Part shown: in pieces, positions 39,701-52,852 of the stretch
Numbering within the stretch: the first letter of the stretch is position 1
Layout: each line of letters begins with the position of its first letter
From: Hormiphora californensis
Lineage: Eukaryota; Animalia; Ctenophora
Length of the DNA stretch: 64,000 nucleotides
Assembly: GCA_020137815.1 (NCBI GenBank)
Contig: CM035353.1
Coordinates: forward strand, 186,001-250,000
Direction: 5' to 3'
Made by a program: the position numbers and the translations under genes
Notes under the pieces: generated by a model
What the model was told of the DNA's origin: nothing
Database searches by the model: none
The model's input: only the letters and a program-made list of their open reading frames with translations

Positions 39701-39945
39701 TATAGTTTCAGTGATTTATAGTTGAGTGAGAAAAGGGTGGCAACTTCACTTAGGGTGTTAGCATAAACACATACATACTTTGTTTGGGATATATTCGGAC
39801 CTTGCGTGGGAAGAAATTCCAACGAGCAAATACAATTCTTTAGAAAATTTCAGCAATTTGACTTTCAGTGGAGCGGGATGGTATAATAATACAGTCAACC
39901 TCGATCTGTGGTAGTTTATAATGATATGTTTCGATAGGATTGTAT

Positions 39946-41152
39946 CAGGAAACGACCGAACCGGGTTTTTTTCCACCGAACCGAACCGAACCGAATTTGA
40001 AAAACTTTTTTACCGAACCGAACCGAACCGAATTTCGGTAACCGAACCGAACCGAACCATACAAAAATTTTTCTGTATAAATGTTTCTCTAAAAAGTCAT
40101 GGAGAGCACCGATCAAGGTATTGAGAATCATTCTCTGAAATTTTGTTAAAAAATGTTTGAAAAAATTTCAAAGTCAATTTTGTCGTAAATTTTATCGTCA
40201 ATTTTTGCGTACGAATCGTGTTTCGAATCGGCAATGCTATACGGGAATGTTATTGCTAATTAGCAGGATTAAACGAACCATGAATCGTGTCTCTCTAAAT
40301 TTCCTAATTAGATTTGATGGGGGATCATGTATCAGCACAATCCATCTCGGACCCACTAATTACCAACATCACTCCCGTTTAGCATTGTCGATTAGAAACA
40401 CGATTCGTATACCATAATTTACTTAAAATATTTTTTACAAAAAAAATTTCACAAAATTTCAGGTAATGATTCTCAATACCTTGATCGATGCTCTCCATGA
40501 AATTTTTAGAGAAACATTTAATTTTGTGAAAAAACTTCAATTTCGGAAAAAAATTCTATGTCAATTTTGCCGTACGAATCGTGTTGCGAATCGGTGATGC
40601 TATGCGGCAGTGCTCTCGCTAATTAGCAGGATTTATTGAAACATGAATCGTTTCCCCTAAACTTCCTAATTAGATTTGATGGGGGATCACGTATCAGCAT
40701 AATCCATCTCGGACCCACCAATTAGCAACATCACTCCCGCTTAGCGAAACACGATTCGTACGGCAAAAATTGACCTTGATCGGTGCTCTCCATAAATTTT
40801 TTGAAAAAAAAAGTTTCTGAATTTGTTGACCCTCTCATGAGGACACGATTCGACGGGAAGTCAGGTATCAAATCAATCCATATCGAACCCGCTAACTAGC
40901 GAAATCATTTCCACATAGCACCACCGATTCGAAATAGGGTTAATACGGCGAAATTGACATTGAAATCCATACAATTTTCGTGAAATAATTGAAAAATTTT
41001 GCATGAAAAAGCCCGATTTCTGGGCATTTTTTGACCAAAAAATTCGGTGGTTCGGCCAAAATTTCCTACCGAACCGAACCGAACCGAACCGCCCAAAAAA
41101 CACCGAATTTCCGAACCGAACCGAACCGAACCGAATATTCGGTCGCTTCCTG
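39946..41152. mobile_element. hAT-type non-autonomous element with subterminal (ACCGA)n arrays
   Basis: TIR CAGGAAACGACCGAA / TTCGGTCGCTTCCTG, perfect 8-bp TSD GATTGTAT. ~245 bp downstream of the NPC1 stop. Confidence 0.85.
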
Positions 41153-41948
41153 GATTGTATAGTTATAAGTGAGTTTGATCGTGAGTGTTTTTAACCTTCT
41201 TTTTTACCTAGCGTTTAATTAGTTCAATACCCTTCTGTTTAAAAATATTGGCAGCGTGAATTAGAGATAGGTTGAAGTACGTAGTAATATGTTACAAATA
41301 GGGTCAGTCTGATAGTGCAAACTCCAGTTCTCAGTCTCACTGCCGTATATACCCTGCTAACTTAAATAATGCGCCAGTGGCGAGAAGTCCCACTAGCGCG
41401 CTCTCAGTAAACAGCTAGTCCAGCGGCAGATTATTTCCCACTGGCAGGTTATTTATTTATGAAACCCGATAGTTGATTTATCAGTCGTTTGGACATTTTG
41501 CGCGCTCATGATAACTGCTAGCTGGGAGATTTAACACCCTGCTCGCTGTTTAACAGTCCCGCTCTCTTTTTCACGCATTTCTCTTCATTTGAATAACATG
41601 CGTGTAAAATTCTAAGTATTGAAAATGTGTGTAAACACACAGTTCTGTCAACAAAAGAAAGGGGAAACATGTCTGCAACACGTTTCAATGTTATCTCTCT
41701 CATAAAGAGTGAAAAGAATCACATTCCATTCATTTCTCTCTCTCATTGTCTCTTTTACTGTTCACTACCTCTGACAGTGTGTATTGCCCCTAATCTTTCT
41801 CTCTCTTTCTCAAACATGTTAGGAACAGTAGACACTAAGTCTACACACATTTTGAGGGTGTCTGTTGACTAATTGCCAGCAGTCCTAGTGTGTTTTACCT
41901 TGTGTTGTGTCTCTTATTTGTGTGTAATTACTATCGGGTTTCATAAAA

Positions 41949-42715
41949 TATGAACGTTTGTTAGCCTATCGCGTTATAGGTTTAAATCACCTCCCCCTCA
42001 CCCTCGGCTAGCGCCTCGGGATCGGCGTCGGGATTTAAACCAGTTTAATCGCCCTGCCGGGCGATTAAACTCCAGTTGGCTGTCCCCAGCTCGCGCTGGG
42101 AACAGCCAACTTGATAACGCGCCAGTCTACAAACGTTCATACTTCATTTAACTCCTACGTAACATTCAAAGTGTGTGTAAATGATCAGTTCTTACTAAAA
42201 TACAGAGGGAACACTATGTGCAACACTTACACACTACATTGGAGAGAAAGAAAGGACACATTCCGTCAATTACTCTCTCTTTATCTCCCCTTTTGTCTCA
42301 CTATCTCTTTCTCTGTGTTATTTGTGACATGCCCCTTATCAGGCTATTTCTTTCACTCTCTTTCCTTAGCAACTGCTTAGTAACTGTTACCAAACAGTGT
42401 ACACTCAATTGTGACGTGTTTTTAACTATTTCTCAGTTCTCTTTGTGTGTTTTGATTAGTGTTCTCTCTCTTGTTGGACGTTGGTGTGTAATACTTGAAA
42501 TAAACAACTAAAGCAGGGTATATAACCCATAAACTCTGACCACTGGCACGTTATAGGTTTAAACCCCTCCGCCTCTCCCTCGGCTCCGCCTCGGGATCGT
42601 CGTCGTGATTTAAACCAGTTTATCCGCCAGCGGCGGATAAACTCCAGCTAACTTCTCCCAGCGGCGCGCTGGGAGAAAGTTATCTGAAATAACGCGCCAG
42701 TGGCCAGAGTTTATG
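41949..42715. repeat. Two related ~190-bp multi-hairpin elements (41949-42141, 42528-42715)
   Basis: Shared GTTATAGGTTTAAA...CTCGGCT..GCCTCGGGATCG...TTTAAACCAG core, two further hairpins and a terminal inverted repeat. Confidence 0.7.
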
Positions 42716-43346
42716 CCTCATATATTATCTGTCAGGCCAATGCTCTGACCACAGTTCTCGCGCGAGAATGGGTCAGGCCAATGCTCTGCCGTATGTACAT
42801 CAAACTGATAAGTATCCAGAAAAGTCTGATCTAAACAATGTATATTGCGTTGAATTGAGTAAGGGATCACGTTATGAAGCGATGTATTTGAATTAGCTTA
42901 TTGTTTGGAGAGGTCGGTGGGGCGAGGGGGAGAGCTAATCTTCCCCATAATTGTTGATCGAGTAGTCGGCAGCTCCAACCAATCATTGTCTAAAGGCTCC
43001 ATGGCACATGCAGTGGCTTGTGTTATTCCTAGAGAGTCTGGCAGCTGTTATACCCGACCCCGTTGCTTGATCAGATCGGAACGACGGGGTCAGGTAGCTG
43101 TATATATATAATAAGAGAGAATTGGCTTCACGTGTCTGTTTGAATTACATTTAATATATTTATACATATATAACACATTCCTTGGATTAAACCCGATTTC
43201 ATTATTTGACTCGTTTTCATTTGTTAATGGTTATGGGTAATCTGTCTGGCGCCGCGATCCCATCTGAGCGTGCACTGTCGCAAATCAAATGGGGTATGGT
43301 GCCGCCATACATTGGGGTATTGGCATTGTCCATGTCAGACCTCTAT

Positions 43347-44021
43347 TGGTGACATTGACACCTAGTGCGTGCGAGATCGAGGTCGCGCAGCGACCGAGAT
43401 CGAGCTCGCACATAGGTGTCCGCTCCGCCCCCTAAAAAAGGGTCGTGTCTTTCAAGCTAAATTGCACGTGATCCACTGGACCGATTTGCATCCGGTCTGT
43501 CGCAAAAGACTACAAATTGGTCCTAGTTTACTGGAAAATACCCGAGAAGTTTGTCTGTCAACAGGAAGTGGGTCAAAATTGACACTGAAGTCAAATCTAT
43601 AATCTGGCTTCCGAGCCTTTTTGCACCACTCCCAGACGGTGTAGAATGAATCTGAGGGTATCAGAAGATAGGTTGAACTCTTGTGAGTACTGGAAAATAC
43701 CCGGCATTAATAGCTGATGCTAATTGCATCAAAATATCTCCCAATATCTTCTAAATCGCATGGGCGTAGTGCAGAAACTCTCGGAAGCCAGATTATAGGT
43801 TTGACTTCAGTGTCAATTTTGACCCACTTCCTGTTGACAGACAAACTTCTCGGGTATTTTTCAGTATATTAGGATCATTTGTAGTCTTTTGCGACAAACC
43901 GGATGCAAATCGGTCCAGTGGATCGCGTGCAACATCCCTTGAAAGAAACGACCCTTTTTGAGGCGGAGCAGACACCTGTGTGTGAGCTCAATCTTGGTCG
44001 CGCACGGTGTCTATGTCACCA
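43347..44021. mobile_element. Diverged palindromic MITE-like element
   Basis: TTGGTGACAT... / ...ATGTCACCAA ends and ~280-bp imperfect arms. A short derivative lies at ~45390-45453. Confidence 0.65.
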
Positions 44022-44148
44022 AAGACCTCTAATCTCTATTTTCTGGAACCTAAACCACGTCGCTCCCAAAATAAAATTCTTTATCTGAGGATTCAGATAA
44101 ATTGAGGTTTGAATGTGCGGTTTATGGTAGAGAACTGGTAGAGAACTC

Positions 44149-44191
<43 letters not shown>

Positions 44192-45867
44192 TGTGTACTG
44201 TACGAAATTGGCAAATATTTGCCGGGTCGTCTGGATGACGTCTAGACGCCGTCCACACAGAACCCGTCTAAACGGTCTTTCCTTCTGGACGGCTTCAGAC
44301 GGGATGGAGAGATGCCGTTTGAAACGGTCTTTACCCGTTTAGACGGAATTGGACGCCCGGTGTTCGAGTTCGACGAAATCAGACGGAAATCAAACCCGTC
44401 TCATGCACGTCTGAACGTCACCAATAGAAATTCCGTCTCGAGCCCGTATGGGCCGAACCCCGTCTAGACGACGTCTGATTCTGAAGCAAAACCCGTCTGG
44501 ACGGGTTTCGGCCCATACGGTCTCGAGACCGAGTCAGACGGCTTGAGACGGAATTTTTATTGGTGACGTTCAGACGTGCTTGAGACGTGCAATTGAGCTG
44601 AGACGGGTTTGGTTTCTGTCTGATTTCTGAGGTTCCGTCTGGTTTCGTCCAACTCCGTTTAAACGGGTAAAAACGGGTAGAAAATCCGTCACTGTCAGCA
44701 CTCCAAAAATAGCCTGACATCAGTTTCAACTGGAAACTGATATCAGGTTCCAATTTTGGAATTTTGGGATTCCCTGGTCCATTAAACTCGATCAATACCA
44801 ATCAGGTATGTAGTATGATTGGTTGTGGACTCCAAACTCCAAAACTAAATTAATAGGAGCTTAGTAGTGCCCTAGCAGATAATAACCGTGTGTTATTTGA
44901 GCAGAGAGCACAATAATTCCATGTGCTATACTGCTAGTAAATTGTTGGTAAACTGAATCGTTTTAGAGAGCACGGGATCCCTATAATACCTGTATTTGCT
45001 GTGCGTGGTCAGTTTGGTCAGCATGCGAATCACAGACCACGTGTTGCCACAACAACTATAAGAGCACTCTCGTTTCCATGTGGCAATTTAGTTTGTGCTG
45101 AACATGGACTTCTAAATATAGATATACTTCCTTATCTTATTCTTGTGCGTTTTCTTACCACATTAGATCACTGTTATCCAATTTGGATTTGTTTTAAGAT
45201 AGATAGGGTCTAAGTAAAGGATCCCAGTTTATTGAATATGGTTTATTGACAGCTCGATCTAGCTCGACTCTTCATCATTTGTCTAGATTCTAGAATGAGT
45301 ATAGGGTGCCAGTGAGCTCTCAGCTTTGGCGGAGCTGAGTGCCGACCCGGGCTGATCTGACTCAGATTCTGAGTGCAACTGCCAACTGCTTGGTGACATA
45401 GACACCTGGCGCGACCCCCGCTCAATCTCGGTCGCGTGTCTATATGTCACCAAGCCAACTGCACGTTTGAAAATCAGGTCTGGCAGCGCCTATCAGGCCA
45501 ATGCTCTATCAGGGCAGCGCCAAACAGGGGTTAGGAATTTAGGAGGGCCCTAGCCGCTAATCTATCAGTATCTGAATTGTCGGACCTAGATTTACTAGAT
45601 TTACTATACCGGGCCCCGATTTAGCGGGAGGATAAAATTCCCCCGAAGGCCGATAATCCGATATACTATGATTTCCTATATCATATAGGAAATCAACACC
45701 AGGCCATATCACCCAATTTATCGGACAACACCCTTTCCCCCGAGCATCCCGGCCGTAAATCGGGGTCCGACTGTTATAGTCCTAAAGTTCGGTAGGTGGC
45801 CGAAAGTTTACTGAATACTGCACTGATTAACCTTCTTCCATGGTTGCAGTGATATATGTGTGTTATC

Positions 45868-48802
45868 ATGATACGTCCCCTTCTCTTTGCAGCTGTATTC
45901 TGCGGAGCAGTCGTTCTCACAGGTAATGAGTTAACGTATGACTATGAAGTTCAACGGGCTGATGAAATCTGAACAAATACTTTTTTAGCCTTAAATTTAG
46001 GTCCTACTACTATTACTAAGCTAGGTCCTACTAGGGCCTAATAGGTCCAAGTGTCCAACTAGGTCCAACTAAGTCCTACTAGATCCTAACAGGTCCTACT
46101 AGGTCCTACTAGGTCCTACCAGGTCCAACTAGGTCCTACTGGGTCCTACTAGATCCTACTAGATCCTAACAGGTCCTACTAGATCCTAACAGGTCCTACT
46201 AGGTCCTACTAGGTCCTACTAGGTCCTCCTAGTCCTACTAGGTCCTACTAGGTCCTACTAGGTCCTACTGGGTCCTACTAGGTCCTACTAGGTCCTACTG
46301 GGTCCTACTAGGTCCTATCAGGTCCAACTAGGTTCTACTGGGTCCTACTAGGTCCTAACAGGTCCTACTAGGTCCTACTGGGTCCTACTAGGTCCTACTA
46401 GGTCCTACCAGGTCCAACTAGGTCCTACTAGGTCCTAATAGGTCAAACTAGGTCCTACTAGGTCCTACTAGGTCCTAATAAGTCTTACCAGGTCTTACCA
46501 GGTCCTACTAGGTCCTACTGGGTCCTACTGGGTCCTACTAGGTCCTACTGGGTCCTACTAGGTCCTACTAGGTCCTACCAGGTCCTACTAGGTCCTACTA
46601 GATCCTACTAGGTCCTACTAGGTCCTAATAGGTCCAACTAGGTCCTACTAGGTCCTACCAGGTCCTACTAGGTCCTAATAGGTCCTACTAGGTCCTAATA
46701 GGTCCTACTAGGTCCTACTAGGTCCTACTAGATCCTAGCAGGTCCTACTAGGTCCTACTAGGTCTAACCAGGTCCTAACAGGTCCTACTAGATCCTAACA
46801 GGTCCTACTAGGTCCTACTAGGTCCTACCAGGTCCTACTAGGTCCTAACAGGTCCTACTAGGTCCTACTAGGTCCTACTAGATCCTACCAGGTCCTACTA
46901 GGTCCTACTAGGTCCTACTTAGTGGTTGACCGTGTATAAGGTCCAAATAAGGCACAGAACTTTTCTGAATCAGCTTTTCAAGACGAATCCAACGCAACCG
47001 GAATTAGCTTTCTATCTCATCGGGAAGTGCTGGGTCTAGAACCCTCATTTTTAGTCATTTTTCGGTGCGCGGGCCAATCAGAGGCCTTTATTTTGAAATC
47101 TAGGCCTCTGATTGGCCCGCGCACCGGAAAATGAGCAAAAATGAGCAAAAACCAAAATGCCAGACCCAGCACTTCCCGATGAGATAGAAAGCTAATTCCG
47201 GTTGCGTTGGATTCGTCTTGAAAAGCTGATTCAGAAAAGCTCTGTGCCTTATTTGGGCCTTATACACGGTCAACCACTAGTCCTACTAGGTCCTACTAGG
47301 TCCTACTGGGTCCTACTAGGTCCTACTAGGTCCTACTAGATCCTAACAGGTCCTACTAGGTCCTACTAGGTCCTAACAGGTCCTAATAGGTCCTACTAGA
47401 TCCTAACAGGTCCTACTAGGTCCAACTAGGTCCTACTTGGTCCTACTAGGTCCTACTAGGTCCTACTAGGTCCTAGTAGGTCCTACTAGGTCCTACTGGG
47501 TCCTACTAGGCCCTCCTAGTCCTACTAGGTCCTACTAGGTCCTACTAGATCCTAACAGGTCCTACTAGGTCTTACAGTTACCAGGTCCTACTAGGTCCTA
47601 GTAGGTCCTACTAGGTCCTACTGGGTCCTACTAGGCCCTCCTAGTCCTACTAGGTCCTACTAGGTCCTACTAGATCCTAACAGGTCCTACTAGGTCTTAC
47701 AGTTACCAGGTCCTACTAGGTCCTGATCCTAATAGGTCCTTCGGGTGAATTGGGATCAGTGGTTAATATTATTTAAAAAAGTACTGCCATTACATTTAAT
47801 TGGTTAGTACTACGTGTTTCAGACTGGACAGCTGTAGAGTATGCTCTGCAGGGTGTGAAGATACCCTGGGACCTGGAGGGAACATCTCTCCAGATAAAGA
47901 CAGACTCTACATTGGGTAGTGGTGATTACATTATGGTGGATATGTACGACAAGGACTATATCTATATCGGTAATGTGAGAGTGACACTGACCAGCACAGT
48001 CCAATATTATGTGATACACTGTGTTCCATGGACAGACCTGCCAGTACAGCCCCCGGTGGAGACCGAGAGGATATGGACGATAAACAAAACTGGAGATACC
48101 GGTTTTATTATCACATGTAATGATGTTGAAGTGCTCAACTACCAGTTCACAGTTAGTGAAAATGATGACTGTGTTCTGAAGTGGGGTGGTAGTGATGTGG
48201 AGCAGATCGAATTTAACAGCGACTATGATACAGCGTCTGACTTCTACAGAGCAGGTACGCAGACGCACGTTTAAATCACAGATATATATAATGTATATAT
48301 ATAATGTATATGTACTTAGGGAAGGGGGAGGCTAAAAAAGCCAGATCGATCCCGGATTTCATATAGACAGGTTTGGCTTTTTGACTGTTTAAAAAAGCCA
48401 AAAAAGCCAGATCAAAAAAGCTGCAGATCAATCCCAAGATTTCACGGCAGGCTTTCTTGGCTTTGCCCCCCCCCCCTCCTCTTATCCAATACGGGCAATA
48501 CGGATACCATGCTTATAGGTGACACCAAATTTAGACATTTTTAGCCATAACTTAGGTGTAAGAAATGGCAGAGTTATAATAACTCTGCCATTTCTTACAC
48601 CTTCCAATATTCTACTCAGAACCAGTTGAGTGTCCTGCCTTTACTGTTGAGGGATCAACACAAGGAAGCTGGACTGCCTCACCAACAGGGACAACTGCCA
48701 CCGTCGAGTGTGCTGCCAACCATATCCTAGTGGGAACTGCTACACTAACTTGTCAGGAGGGTGGATCGTGGTCAAGTAATGTACCACAGTGTGATACTAT
48801 TG
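45868..48802 (+). CDS. Secreted protein: signal peptide, ~140-aa beta-rich domain and one sushi/CCP domain; 3' end unresolved
   Basis: Phase-1 exons 45868-45922 (MIRPLLFAAVFCGAVVLT), 47823-48254 (WDLEGTSLQIKTDS...CNDVEVLN...DTASDFYRA) and 48620-48802 (C-P...C...L-G...LTC...G-WS...P-C). Confidence 0.75.
46000..47742. repeat. 10-bp satellite (AGGTCCTACT)n filling intron 1 of the sushi gene
   Basis: Over 100 variant copies, interrupted at 46920-47279. Confidence 0.95.
46920..47279. mobile_element. 360-bp almost fully palindromic hAT-type MITE inserted in the satellite
   Basis: TAGTGGTTGACCGTG...CACGGTCAACCACTA flanked by 8-bp GTCCTACT on both sides. Confidence 0.85.
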
Positions 48803-49657
48803 GTAAGTGCAGGTGCTATACAGGTTATTGCATGTTATGAAGGAACAATACCGTACTCCCATCGGAAGTACCTAATACTGTGGTGCTCCGTCATATATAA
48901 TTGGCCGCGTCATAGGCATGGCAACGGAATAACGGTTGCCTACGACACGGTCTACAATATATTGAATGCGTTTTATGCACGTACTCCGCAAATAAAAAGC
49001 AATCGATGACCGCAGGTCTACAGTGTAGACCGCGTTGTAGGCAACGCAATGCGGGCGGTCATTATATGAGACCAAACTTCAAAGTCGGAAGATTAGGTGT
49101 TTGCAGCTACCAAATAACCTAGATATCTCTCTCTCCCGCCGGAAAAAATAAAAAGGCACTTTTTCGGGGGAGTTGAAAAGTGGAAAAGAATATATTTTGT
49201 GTAACAAAAAAAGGTTAGTCAAACACTGTGACAGACAGACACACGGACAGTACAGTGTAAATACACGCGGAGAGTTTAATATAACAGAAACTGTAAATTA
49301 CACTGCAACACACTCTTCTAATAACTCTCTGATATCTATAGATATTTAATAACTTATCTGGCAGTAGAATATCAATTAAATCATCATACTCAGTCCATTA
49401 ACGGGGGATATTTAAGACTAACACAAATGTTCTGTGCTATACTAACCATGATCAAAGTATTGGGCTCAACAAATCAATATAGCAGTGAACTACACTATTA
49501 TATATAACTCATTCGGGGTACATTTAACATAGTGTCAGCATATTTTAACACAATGATCAAACATTGTGAATGTGATATTTCATAATTACATGACTGTTGT
49601 ATTATAATAATAGTAGTCTGCCTTATATACATTTTGAACATTACACGCACAATGTCA

Positions 49658-50611
49658 CTACTCGCTGCATCCCTGCAATATTTCCTCGATCTCGTTTTCA
49701 ACTTTTTGGATCATTCCTAAGTTGGCAGCTCTATGTCGGGGGATGTAACTCTCCTCTTTTTCCCCTAGCGGAGAGAGGGGGTCCTCCGAGGGCTTCCTAG
49801 AAGGGGGATAGGACGTGTCAGAATAACAGCTGCAGACAGAGATAAATATGAGTTTTAGGTAATACTAAACAAGGAATTAGTAGGCGCTCAAAACCGATTA
49901 TATTAAAATGGTGGAATGAAGGAAAACATACATTTTCTTTTTTGGCTTCTTTTCCGATGGTGCTACCGCGTTAGTAGACTCTTTCTTTGGTCTACCTCTG
50001 CTACGTTTTACAGGTATTGCATGGGTATCTCCTGCAGACACATCAGTTGACTTGACCAGCTCTTTAAACCCATATACAGCAACTCGGTCCTAGAAGGGGA
50101 GGGTCAGACAATAAATATAATACGGGATATAATTATTTCATAATTAGACCTAAGTTAAATAGAGATGCTGTATTGATTTAACATACCGTCAAATCAAGAT
50201 GGAACGCTTGGTTGGCCATGGCAATTGCTTCCCTCATTCCCTTTGAGGTCTTCTTTTGGTCCTAAAAAGTGGCTGCATTAAAACAGGTTTGAATATAGCA
50301 CAACTCCCGCCATCTCCTTATATGACTAGAAAACTGCTGGTGTCAAAGTTGAGGCGGCAAGCTATGTTTACACACGCTTGCGCGCCTTTAAAACACACTG
50401 AGTAAGGTAGCGGTGTGCTTTGTACATTACACGCGCAATCTCTGCTAGTCGCGATGGTAACCTTGTAAAATTGTCCCACTTACATAGTGAGACTTGTCCT
50501 TCTTGTTTTCAGGGTCATAGACCTTGATGCTTTTACGATTCATCCAAGCTCTACTCGCTTGGGCACCAAAAAATGTAACATGGTATTTTTCCTGAAGGGA
50601 AGGGGTTAGAT

Positions 50612-50694
<83 letters not shown>

Positions 50695-52285
50695 GATATA
50701 GGAGATAGAGATAGCGTCGGAATCGCGATATCGCGCGACTCGGCCCTCTCGCGCTCGCTCTCGCTCGCGCTCTCTCGCTCTCTCGCTCTTCTGCCTCTCT
50801 CTCGCTCTCTCTCTCCCTCTCTCTCTGCTCTCTCCCTCTCTCTCTCTATCCTCGCTCTCCTCTCTCTAGCTCTCTCTCTCTCTCTCTCGCTCTCTCTCTC
50901 CCTCCCACCCCAGGGGAGACTCACCGGTTGTTGACTATTAACAGGTTGAAAGTAGAATGTTCTAGTTGCAGGATCATTATCTATCATGCCAGGCCACCAT
51001 GGGTACCCCTGCATTTTAACCCATACAAGCGACCCTAAACTGTATTTCGTATAAACAAACTCAAGTCCCTGACTCGCTGGTAATTCACTCCACGTTTCTT
51101 CTGGCGTAGAGCATGTATTGTACCGTCGATCTGAGAGTGTTTCGGTATATTATCAAATTTGAAATGTCGTAAAATGGGATCTGGGGATGACGCTAATAAC
51201 ATGAGTGCAGTGATATGTATAGTCGCAGCGGTAAGAGAGAAAGCATAGTGGACACAAACATATTAAAATGCCAAAGGAATAAGAAACATTACGCTAAGCA
51301 CCTACCCGTGTTTAAGTTACAAGTCCAATTCTCTGGTAGTGTACTTGAATCATATACCCCCTGCAGGTACCGCCACTTCTCACACAGTGTACACTCCACC
51401 CATATACATTCCCTGTTGTCACTTCGTGATTCAGTCAGTTTGAATTCATCTTCTTCCGACGTGGTAGATGAGTCTGAACTACTGCTACTGTACACCTGGT
51501 CATAATAATAGTAAATGTTATCTCTCAAACCCTCTTTTCGGCGTTCTATTGTTAATGACAAAGGGTACGATATGTTCAAAAAGATCATACCTTTTTTCTC
51601 TTTTTCTTCATTTCTTCTTTCATTTTCAGTTCCTTCATTTTCAATTTCTCTGCTTCCTCCTGTTTTTTTGACTTCCTTTGCTCAGCTGCTTTCGCCTGGG
51701 CTTTAGTCGGTGCAGGAGGTGGTGAATCCTGGGGGGTTAATGTGGGTGTAACTAATTGGATTCTAATTAGCTAATATATCACATGATAATTATAATGGGT
51801 GTAGAGCACAAACGAATGCTCAGAGGCAAGCGTTATATGCGTCTAAGAGAGCTCAGGTTTCATATAATTAGTACTCTCTTGGAATGTCATTCTCTGTGTA
51901 GTTTGGATGTCTTACTCTTTCCGAGAGAGAATGAAATTCTAATGTGTACTATAATAACTGGAAAACAAGCCACCTCAATTTATATCGAGGGGATCAAGCA
52001 GTTAAAAACATTTCTTTTCTGCTCAATATTCCCCGGATTTGACCCTAAAATGTACAAAAATGTACTGAAATGTACTAAAATGTACAAAAAATGTACTAAA
52101 ATGTACTAAAATGAACCCACCTCACCGCCACATGAACTATGTCCTGCATCCTCGTGTTTTGTTAGCGCTGGTGGTGGTGGGGGAGGGGAAGAAGGTGCAG
52201 GCTTGGCTTGTTTTCGGCCCTTTTTCCTTTCAGGTGATCTCTCCATTTTTCTCTTATTTTTCTTTTCCTGCAACAAAATTTTGGT

Positions 52286-52318
<33 letters not shown>

Positions 52319-52336
52319 CGCGAGAAAGAGAGAGAA

Positions 52337-52420
<84 letters not shown>

Positions 52421-52781
52421 GACACTGAAAGGAGGATATTAGCTAGCTTTACAAAATATTTTGGGCGTGGGCCAAAACCCCCAGGGCTCAAGTGTTATAC
52501 TGCTAACTCAATTTACATGAGAGGATGTACTATGTACGATGACTAGTAATTAATTATTTCTAATTAATAATTAGGTAATTACTAGTAACTAATATTAATT
52601 AGTAATAAATGATAATTACCCTTTGGGATGAGGGCCCACCAGGTTCCCCCAGGGCTTTAAATGTCGCCTTGAACTTCCCAGGGCTCTTCCCCGCTGAATC
52701 TGACTCCACGTACTCCGTGTCTTTCTTAGAGAATTTCAAGAGGGGCTTCGGCCGATCTGCACCTAATGGAATTATGGATGT

Positions 52782-52852
<71 letters not shown>

